Of a stretch of DNA of 64,000 nucleotides, positions 26,513-36,431 are shown in pieces. The first letter of the stretch is position 1. Every line of letters begins with the position of its first letter. Source of the DNA: Auanema rhodensis (lineage: Eukaryota > Animalia > Nematoda); contig OZ059899.1 of the NCBI GenBank assembly GCA_964057225.1, forward strand, positions 14,570,001 to 14,634,000, in the 5' to 3' direction. The notes under the pieces were generated by a model. That model ran no database searches and was not told the origin of the DNA. It saw only the letters and a list, made by a program, of their open reading frames with translations. A program made the position numbers and the translations under genes.

Positions 26513-28193
26513 ATGAGGTAAACCCACTACCGCGGATCAAGCTATAACTTCGTTCATTTAGCACCGACGGCAGTAAAATAAACAGTATGACTCCCCAGAA
26601 ATCAGAAGATCAAGCAGCAGAATGTAATTTTCTTTCATATTCCTGAATTTAAGCTAATTTTTCCTTCTGATTTTAGACGAAAATACTGGCGATTTTTCAT
26701 GGACAATCATTCATACTAATCAAGATGGAAAGTAAGTTATTATTTGTGTAATTAGAACTAGTTTCTTCGAAAATTGTTACAGAATTCCCATAATGGGCTA
26801 TGGAAATGTTCCCATACCATCCCAGCATAACATTAATCTACTTGGAGAAAACCGTTCAATAAGTATAAGATGCATAACATGGAATATAAATGATAAAGTA
26901 AGTTATAAAAAATGTTCAAGTTTTAAGAAAAGTATCAAAAACTTTTTCAGAACGTCAAAACTTTAACAAAAATTACCGAACACTTGTGCAAACTGCCGCT
27001 TGAACAGAGAGGAGATGTTATATGTATCGCCCTCCAAGAAATCCCACCCTCAGCCACGTAAGAAGATATTCATTTTACTTTTGCTTTATCTTTGGTATTA
27101 TCAGGAGATTTCATGAAGAAGCTCTAAAAATCTTCAACAAAGCTATATCGGATACCACGCATTGCTTGTTTCTGTCACACAGGTCATGGAGCCAAATGAT
27201 TTTAATCTACATTAATAAAGCTCATTTACGATATGCAACAGGTGATTAGCAAAGAGAAATTATTAATAATATTATATCTTAACTACATATTCTTAGAACC
27301 AAGTATCAAATTCGTACCTTCTGCCCCTATACCGAAACCATTGCGAACCAAAGGAGGTATAGGTATATGCTTCAGGTTATATCAACGATGGATAGTACTT
27401 ATTGGCTGTCATTTATCACGTATGTTCAAGCTTTCTGACATTTGGATGCTTAACAAGATTCTTCAGATGGAAGCATGCAAAATAGAATTCAAGATTATGG
27501 CAAGATCATCCGTAATCTTAAATTCGCGAACTTGCAACAATTCAGTGGAATGGAAAGTGTTTTAGCTGCAGATGTAAGCAAGTATTCGATGAATCGCATG
27601 ATAATGAAATTCAGGCTGTGATATGGTTCGGTGATCTTAACTTCAGGCTTCATTCAGATCTAGGGATAATGTGGAAACAAAATGAAGAAAACAATGTAGA
27701 AGATATCAGAAGAGCATTAGATTTCGATGGTCTTAATCAGTCACGACAGAAAGGTTAATCTTTTCTATATTATGGCAAAGATTTATGATTCTCTTTATAG
27801 CATTAGCATTCATGGAATTTGAAGAAGGTAATATAAACTTTCCTCCAACACACAAATATGAACTGAACCAAGATGAATATGTAAAGGATCGAATTCCATC
27901 ATATACGGTAGGAAAAAAAGATTTTCCGAATTTAAATCGATATGCATATCACAGGATCGTGTACTTTATTATTCGCAAAACCCTATATGGTTAAGTGTTA
28001 GAGATTATAATACCATTACGGGACCAACTCAGTCAGATCACAGACCTGTTTATTGTCTACTAAGGTGAGTGCTTAATACAAATTAACAGTTGATTTCTTT
28101 CATTTTCTTTTCAGATTAAATGTTATAAATAATCCAATACCACAGAATTCTTCACAAGATTCTGCTGATGTCATTATACAACAGCCCACATAA
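26513..28193 (+). CDS. Inositol polyphosphate 5-phosphatase, INPP5E-like (probable inpp-1 orthologue)
   Basis: Motifs RCITWNIN, CIALQE, RTKGGIGICFRL...IGCHL, WFGDLNFR, FPPTHKY...RIPSYTDRV and SDHRPV. The first coding exon is ATGAG|, then a 44-nt intron, giving MSTDGSKIN. Stop at 28191-28193. Confidence 0.9.
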
Positions 28194-28708
28194 TTCTAGG
28201 AAAGTTAGTATTGCTAATTATAAAAGTTTCAACGCGAAAGTATAAACTATTGCCATAATAATACATTGTCATATTGAATTGAAATCAATTAATTCCTAAT
28301 ATAAATATTAATGCTTGAGAATAAATTATGTTATTTGCATCTGATTTATCTTTTCAAGTAATAATTGAGGGTGGAAAGACTGGTGTCTAAATGATTAATA
28401 TAAAATTTTCAAGGAAAAAACAATATTATCGACATAAAATTTATTGCAGAAAACGTGAGGAAAAGCTTTACTTTTTTTCCAGGAAAAAATAAAACTAATT
28501 ATAGAATCGAATTGAAATGATTAAAGCTTAAAAAACATGGCTACTAACAGCTGCAACTTTTTTAATGAAACGGTACGCAAAAACAAGACAATGTGTAAAA
28601 GTTACGCACTGCGTACAATATTTATTGAAGGATAGATTTTGCATAATTTTTTAAATTACTTCAGGGTCGTTGTTTTTTTTTTTAATATTATTTCAATTTT
28701 AAGGTGAA

Positions 28709-28906
28709 ATGATGTTCCCCGGTGGTCCAAGTGGTGCTGAATTACAGAAGGCTGCTGCAGAAAAGGCCAAGAATGATGTTGGAACTATTATTACTTTCGC
28801 CATTCTCATTGAAGCTGGTAATACCTTAATTTATTATTTGAAATATAACTTTTTTTTAGTTGCCTTTGGATGCTCTTATTTCAAAATGGACGGAATACTT
28901 ATTTAG
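28709..28906 (+). CDS. 51-aa single-pass microprotein, candidate Tom5 (TOM complex small subunit)
   Basis: TTTTAAG acceptor 5 nt before the ATG, a 42-nt GT-AG intron at 28818-28859, and AATAAA at 28936-28941. Product MMFPGGPSGAELQKAAAEKAKNDVGTIITFAILIEAVAFGCSYFKMDGILI. The gene structure is well supported; the Tom5 identity is inference. Confidence 0.75.
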   Translation: MMFPGGPSGAELQKAAAEKAKNDVGTIITFAILIEAGNTLIYYLKYNFFLVAFGCSYFKMDGILI

Positions 28907-29047
28907 AAACTTTCAAAGATTCATAGTTTTTTTTTAATAAAGTTGTTATTGCTGTGAAATTCACAATTTCTACTGATATCTGTTATGAACAGTTTATATT
29001 TAACAAAGTTATTTTAAAAATTTCAAATAGTTTTATCTTAGTTAAGT

Positions 29048-29539
29048 ATGGACGGAGGCGATCCACAAACACTACGCTTTTTGCAGCAACTTCAAGCTGA
29101 AACTCAGCGCCAGAAGTTCACTGAGCAGGTTTAATCATTTTCTGCAACTTCATTAAACATCACATTATAGGTCCATACCTTAACTGGCCGTTGTTGGGAT
29201 GTTTGCTTCGGTGATTATCGCCCACCCAGCAAAATGGACGGCAAAACCCAAACTTGCATTCAGGTACATAATTTGGCTTTATATCGATTGTTGCCTATTT
29301 TTGCAATTTCTGTTCATTAGCTCATGGTTGTCTTCTTAATTCTTTCTCTAGCCCCAACTCACTTTATTGATTTTACATATATTAGTATTAGATGCGAATA
29401 CAAAAGATTTTAAAATAAAACAAACAATTATTCATTTAACTTAAAATATTTTTAGAATTGTGTTAACCGCATGATTGACGCAGGCAACTTCATGGTAGAA
29501 CACTTGCAAAAGATGGAAGGAGGAAAAGGAATGGTTTAA
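29048..29539 (+). CDS. ddp-1: Mitochondrial small Tim chaperone Tim8 (TIMM8/DDP)
   Basis: Three exons giving QRQKFTEQVHTLTGRCWDVC...TCIQNCVNRMID, a twin CX3C motif with typical Tim8 residues. Confidence 0.95.
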
Positions 29540-29780
29540 TATTTTGCTATGTAGTTGTTCTTATTTCAATGATCTTTCTTATGATTTACATCTTCGTTAT
29601 GTGTTAAAGGTTGCCTTTTCCTTGTTGCTAGTTTGTTAGAATTATAGATAAATTTTTTCTTATATTGTCTGTTACTTGAATTACATATTTACGTACGAAA
29701 GGTTTTCTTAGCCTTCTATATATATCTGACATGTTGCGGTTTCCTACATAAACAAGACATTTAAGCTTTACCAGAATTCG

Positions 29781-32700
29781 ATGACGACTAAATTACGGGG
29801 CAGTCGCCTCGAAACCGAAGTCGATCGTGCTAGGACCGAGGGTAACTGGAAGCGCTTAACTGAGCTTCTTCCCTCTGTTCGTTCAAAGCAATCGGGAATG
29901 GATGATGCTGTAGAGCTTCTTGAGGCAGAGATTGAGCTTGAAACCTTTTTGGATCAACAAGGCGGTAAAAACATATATCACTTTGAAACAAGTGTATTTG
30001 ATTTACAGAAGTGTTAAGACCAAAAGAAGATAATATTGATGTTTTAAAACATGCCGAAACACTTCTTCTTAAATGCCATCAAGACAAAGAAAAAACGTCT
30101 ATATGGCTTGAAGCTCAATTATTATTGGCTAAACTGTATTACGTATCAGCAAATTATGAGAAGGTAAAAGAATAAATAATGTCACTCAATACCTATACTG
30201 TTTTTCAGTCCTTGAAACAAATAGAAAAATCCTGCATGGAATCAGGAAGTACTCCATTCCGAACTCTCAGAGTTTTACGACTTGTAGCTGAAGCTTATGC
30301 CATAAAAGGTAGTGACAAACCTTATCTATAAACTATAATGGAAGTATTGCAGCATTATGCTTAGAAGTAACTGGAGTAGAAGATAAGACAACTCGCAATA
30401 AGTCAGCGTGTTGCTTCGAAAAGGCAGCTGAATTAACGATTTCATATGTTTCTGAATTGGAGAAAGTTCTGGGAAATAGCATGGGAAAGAGTTTGTTCAC
30501 TACTACTCGAAACAATGATAGTATTATATCTGATTCAGCGGTAAACCCACTCACCAATTCAACGACTTCTGTACGCTCGCAAAAACAAGAAAAAATAGGT
30601 GATTTATTGGAATGTTGTCTAGAACGAGTTGCACAACTGCGAGTAAAGGATACCACAGTTGATAGAGTGAATGATCCTGAAGGAATTGAATGGTTTTTTG
30701 CTTTGCTTGCTCTTTTTATAATTTTCTATTTTCCGGTATCGCAAAATTATAACTTGCCTTGGTGATAAGTCGACAGGTGAAAGACTACAACAGAAATTGT
30801 CTCGTCAACTGGCTGAATTGTTGTTTCGTGTTGTTCCTAGTGATTGTAATGATCCCAGCCAAGTATTAAGCACCAAAGCAAAAAACCTAAGGTATTCTTT
30901 ACGATGTTGTTCAATTTACCGATTTTCTGGCAGTTTCTACGCTGGATCTCAACGGGCGTATTTCTCACCCACTTCGCGGACCGAAGAAATTATTCTTTTA
31001 TTACTTATTAGTGAAGTAAGTTCCAATATATTTCTATATATTATATTACCTTTTTAAACATTACTATGTAGTCTATACTCAAAACCGAACATATAATACA
31101 TTGATCCAAGTTATGAAAATGTGTGAAACTTGCGCAAATAAATCCAACCGGCCGCAATTCCGGTTTGGTGTATGGGACATCCAACATTTTCCATATTATT
31201 GATATATTATACGCTTGAACTATCTCTCCCTCACTTCCTTTTCTGGCATGTAGCTATGTTGTGTTGAATTCTGCTTCGTAATTTCATTTCTCATATCATT
31301 CCTTGAGCACTATGCCTTTGCTGAACAAGAACAGTTCCAGTTATTGCTGGGAAGATAACCCATTTCTTTTACGGCATTCCAAGGAAAGAACTAATGCAGC
31401 TGATACGGAGACTGTTGATTTCTCAACTATTCCCGACTGTTCTTTGCCTCCCTTGGATACTGAACGCCAACTTCAAAACATCATGGATTGTATTCTGCCA
31501 CCGTTAGTTTTCAAATCTGAAGAAGATTTCTGGAAGCAGCGTACATCGACAGCGCCTGTAACACGCATGGATATGGCAGCATTAGAAGAAAAGTTCGAGC
31601 ATGAACTTGAGTCTAGAGCAGCCAAGCCTTTTGGTATTTGTCCTATTCGTAGACAAATCTACGATCAACTTTTTGGTGATTGTTTTACTTAGTTTTCATG
31701 AAACTTGTGGCCTTATTCAGATGAGCTCATTCGTCAGACGACTGTTTCATGCTCAGAACGAGGTTTACTCCTTCTACGGATACGTAACGAGATAAGGATG
31801 ACGTTTCTGGCATACCAGACGTTGTTAGAAAGTGCTATAAGCTATGGCTTACGTAAAGCACTTTCTGTTGAAAATGATCAATCACGTGCTGTATATGAGC
31901 GAGATGAAGAAAGATCAAAGAATTCACAACTTATGCTTAAGTATTGCTTCCTCATTTCTAAATTTGCAATTGTTTGGAGGTTTTAGGATAGCACAGCTTG
32001 AAAGACGCGCAGCTGCTGACAAAAATGCTGCGGAGGAAGAGCTTGAAATTTTGTCGCAACGAATGAAAGAAGAAAATGAAAGACTCATAGATGCAAATAA
32101 GACTCTGAAAAATCAATTACAAAGCATTTTACAATTGGATCAGTTGAAGCCATTTGATCATGACACTACTAAACAGCCAGAAAAGAAATGAAATTTTGTC
32201 CTCATAATGAATCTATGTCCAATAAACCATGCTTAAAATCTCATTTATTCCTCCATTTCACAGATTTTCATTTTAATTTAAATCCTTCTCTTAGGTTCTT
32301 GCCACAAGAGAAGTAGTTCTTAGCCGTAGCGACGATCTTGCTGCTTCTAGACTGCAGTCTATTAGAAATGCCAAATCTGTTTACAATCTTCTAACTCTGG
32401 TAAAACTATCAACTTTTTCAATTCCTGTTTCATTCTCATCTGATTATCTACAGGTTCTATCTACTATTCGTCAATATCATTTGATGTCAATTATTTTTGA
32501 AAGAGCTATGAAGTTTGCTAACGAAGATTCTTATATTTGGTATTGTTTTTTTTTAATTTCTTTGAAAAAAAATTGTTTTCTAGGCAACAGTTTGGCCTTT
32601 CTCTTCTTTGTAAAGGACGTTGGCTTAGAGCGGCTCATGTACTTGACCAGAGCATCCAAGTGGATAGCTCGGAGGGTCCATTACAACATTTACTAGCATC

Positions 32701-34510
32701 ACAGCTATATATACAGCATCTTGCTCAATATGATATTGGTATTCCTGAACTGAAGTTTTGTGTTTTGATGAAAATAATTCAGCTTATCAGCATGCTCAGA
32801 AGGCTACCGATTTATGCTCAAATGCTCATTTTGCTTATTTACGTCCAAGATGTTTATTAATGGCTGCTCTAGCTCAGAGGTAAGTACATAACTTAAATTA
32901 TTATCTTACAACTATTAATTTAGTTTACAAGCACAAGCTGAAATATGCTGGGATGATAAGAAGAAAGGATTAGGTAAAGCTGTAAAGCTTTTTGAAGAAT
33001 GTGTAAATGAAGATCCTCATGATTATTTGAGTTTGTATTACTGTGCCCTTTATCACGCAATTGGTGAGTCTTTATTTTTATTTTTTTTAGAGTTGGTGAA
33101 ATTTCAGTTCGGGATCTTGATGGAGCAAGAGATCGTTGTGCTCGTTCTTTGGAGCGAAATCCTGATCAGCCATCGGCCATTATGCTTTTAGCTCTTCTTT
33201 TCACTGCTGTCGGAGATCTTAAGGTCTTAGCCTCCAAATGTTTAATATTTGAAACCGTTTTTCGGATTTTAGGGCGCTTTAGAACTTGTGGTAAACGCAT
33301 TGAACGATTTCCCAACTCACTATGGTCTCTTGGTTCTACGCTTGCATATTGAAATCAAGTTCGGAAGAGTAGATGAGTCACTCGGAACATGCACTGCTCT
33401 TCTTGATTTCTGGAAGAAGAAAGAGCCTGCTTATTACGATGAAGATAGAGCTCAGGCTACAGTAAGTGGCACCGACGCTGCTGCTTTACTTGGAGTAAAA
33501 GCCGGAACTCCTGTTGGTGGAAGGGATTCTAGCGTTACTGGAGCCCACAATGGGTTGCCATATGCTCCAAGTGTATTAGGAACTGCTGGAAGTCAGGTTG
33601 GACTTGATATATCAGGTAATTCCCTGTGTATTGTAACATCACAATTTACTCTATTCAGGGGATAGTGGAGTAGCCCAGTCGGAAGGTGGAGGCCAATCTA
33701 GTGCAAGTGATTCTGGAGTTGCTGGTTATAACTGCGGATTCGCTTGGTCCCGGTTCCGCGCCAGAGTAAATAAAAATCTTCATCTTGTTATCTAAATGTA
33801 TATGATTACAGGCTAATATGTGGATGGCATTGGCAGAATTGTTCTTATCTCAGAACAGAATATCTGATGTTGGACCATGTGTGGAGCAAGCTATAGCATT
33901 ATTCCCTCATTCTTATCAAGTTTTATATCTCAAGGTTTCTTTCAATTTTGAAGTTCCTGTTTTAAAGTTATTCTATTTCAGGGAAGACTTTTCTCAGTTC
34001 GGGCTGATACTAACAGTGATGAACAAGTTGCATCTCGATTACGCTCTGAGGCCAAAGTAAACTGATTATTTTCAAATCTTATTCTTATATTCTTTACATT
34101 CAGGCTGCTTACTTATCTGCTTTGGCTCTATCTCCTTCTCACTCATCAAGTCTTCATCATCTCGCTATTTTGTATGAAAAAGAAGAGAACTTTAAGATGG
34201 CCGAACAACTGTACAGGTAAATCTAAAAGACTTATATCAAAATCTTACATTTTGTTTAATTTTTTAGCTTTATTAGCAAATTTTATTAAGTGTTATTATC
34301 TCGTCGTTGATTAATTATAACTATTTCAGAGAATTAGTTCGTGTTGATCCTATGAATTGTGATGGCTGGCAGCAACTGGGTTGCTGTCAGATGAGACGAG
34401 GCTTGATGAAAGAGGCTTCTGAATCTTTAGCTACAGCAGCAAATTTGGACAGATCCACTCCTCTACTTCCATTTTCAGCAATTCCAATTGTATTTCCTTC
34501 TGGGTTTTAG
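29781..34510 (+). CDS. ttc-7: Tetratricopeptide repeat protein 7 (TTC7/Ypp1, PI4KA complex scaffold)
   Basis: N-terminus RLETEVDRARTEGNW; LRVLRLVAEAYAIK; RQLAELL; EEIILLLLISE|VLATREVVLSR; TPR repeats; C-terminus STPLLPFSAIP. Confidence 0.93.
31312..32191 (+). CDS. dyla-1: Axonemal dynein light intermediate chain p28 / DNALI1, nested in a TTC7 intron
   Basis: Exons 31312-31675, 31721-31940 and 31987-32191. Family motifs CILPP and GICPIRRQIYDQLFDELIRQTTVSCSERGLLLLRIRNEIRMT..AYQTLLESAISYGLRKAL, then a C-terminal coiled coil. AATAAA at 32221-32226. Confidence 0.93.
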
Positions 34511-35013
34511 GAGGGTACTAGAAGCCCTACGTATATTGTACAAGAAATTTGATGTACATTCTAATTTATTTATTTCTAAACTATTTATTCTGAAATATAG
34601 GATGACAATGTGTTTTTCTCATTACTTTTCTATATTTTATTTCTTTTGCTCGCTTTAATTGACGTTTCCATATTTCTTGATCTTCTTTTTTATATTATTA
34701 GGGTTTGTATACTTGTCTCCTTGGAAGATTTCCGGTAAGCTTCATTGTTGTGAACATCAGCTTTCGTCATTTTCAGTTGATGTTATTTCACACAATTGCC
34801 TGTAAACTGTGATGTATAATAGGTATATAATTAACTTATTAATCATATGCTGTCATAGATTGTTTTAACATCCATAATAAGAATTTTTTGAAATCATCTC
34901 TCTTTCTGTTAGAGTTATTTAGCTCCTTAACTATATTTTTGTATAAAAATCGAATGAACTGTGTATATTTCAAAGGTTTTTAAAAGAAAAAAAATCCACT
35001 AATTCAGGGAAAT

Positions 35014-35917
35014 ATGGACAAAGGTCAATTTATTGACATTGGTGAATTCGATGAAACTTCTGTGGATTGCTCAGAAATGCCGCAATCAGCAGAACAATAT
35101 CTCAAACAAGTTGTTCAAATGAGAAAACACTTATTTCTTTTTTTGCTTTGATTTAAGGTAATGGTTTCAAGAAACCGTTGCCCTGATGTTGTTCGTGCCC
35201 ATGTGCTTCCGAAAGCTGTGGAATCAAAAGCTGTAAACGTTCAGGTTTTTGTTGGACCAAGTATTTAACTAGTTATATGATTATAGAAGAAAATAAAAGA
35301 TGTTAGGTGTCAACCGTTAGAATGGCAACAGGCGAAAGCAGAAGACTTCGCAGCAAAAAGAAAGCAATTTCTTGCTGCGAAATCTTCGTTTACAAAATTA
35401 AAAATTAAGCTTCCTCATTTGGATGATGAGGATGCCTGGAAAGAACTTATATTAGATCGGTGTCATCCAGAATTAGAGAAAACATTGAAAAATTTCCCTA
35501 ATCATGTTGCTACTCCTCCCACAGCATCTTTGATTGCTAGCATGTCACCAACGCTGGTAATCAAATTCGACAAGGATCATATATTCTAACAAATCTCTGC
35601 CTAGGTAAATACTTTGATCCCATACATTGTGGATTGGGCCAGTAGTGAAAGTTTTATTCGTCCTTTAAGAGAATGGCTTTACTCTTTGATGTTAGTAGTT
35701 GAATTACCGGTAGGTACAGCTTTTCGGATTGACAATCTCATTCTCTATTTTGTAGCTTCTTCATGATGTTGTAGCTGCCTTGAGAGATGTGACGAAAATG
35801 TGCAAATCGCTCAGATCAAATATTGCTGTTGATAGAACCGAAGATATAATGGAAATGTCTTTCTTCATAGCTGTTGTTTCCATGTTTTTCGGGCAGAAAG
35901 ACTTGGGCGATGAGTAG
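35014..35917 (+). CDS. smi-1: Gemin2 / SMN-interacting protein (SIP1 family)
   Basis: PQSAEQYLKQV...CPDVV, EWQQAKAEDF, EWLYSLML, and C-terminal FFGQKDLGDE*; four GT-AG introns. Confidence 0.9.
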
Positions 35918-36431
35918 AAGCCGGTACTTTATAATTCTGAATTACGGGATATTTCTACGTGTTATTATTTTTTTTTAATAAATATTGATGTTATAATATA
36001 TAAATCGATTAATTAAGTAAAAACCCTATGATAATACTCGATTACATCATATTGCGTAATTGAGATACAACCGCTAGACGTTTTCAATGCTTAAAGAATG
36101 ACTTATCTTCATGATGTATTACTGAGTTCTGTTTGCTTTTTACACCTGAACAAACTATTCAATTCAATTTGTGAATCATGAAGAAGCTAACTTCGAAATC
36201 TATGCTATGAAAGAACTTTACAACTTTCTCGAAAATTTCAATTATTTAATAATTTTTTGCTATCAATTATAATACGGTTGCACACATTACAGGTCGTAAA
36301 CGTAGGTCTGCGTACTTGAAAAAATATTTTCTCTAAAGTAACGAAATGCTTATTAAAATGGTTCTATTTTTTCAAAGTGTTGTAATGAACGGTGTTTTAA
36401 ATTATAAATTCCAGGGTAACATCAAAAGGGT

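Larger units (their letters stand above)
28697..35917 (+). other. Probable trans-spliced operon: microprotein - Tim8 - TTC7 (- Gemin2); GCN1-GATB is a probable second or continuing unit
   Basis: Co-oriented genes, each with an unpaired 3' splice acceptor a few nt before the ATG. AATAAA at 28936 lies about 100 nt before the acceptor at 29041, the spacing typical of nematode SL2 operons. Stop-to-ATG gaps are 141, 241, 503, 514 and 266 bp. Confidence 0.65.

Noticed and set aside
30333-30656. Antisense and alternate-frame ORFs over TTC7, GCN1 and GATB exons (e.g. 42870-43103, 42949-43305, 44148-44489)
   Set aside because: Shadow ORFs of real coding exons.
17716-34510. Apparent lipid/phosphoinositide gene cluster (NTE, TLDc, 5-phosphatase, TTC7)
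   Set aside because: Different orientations and promoters; no evidence beyond coincidence.
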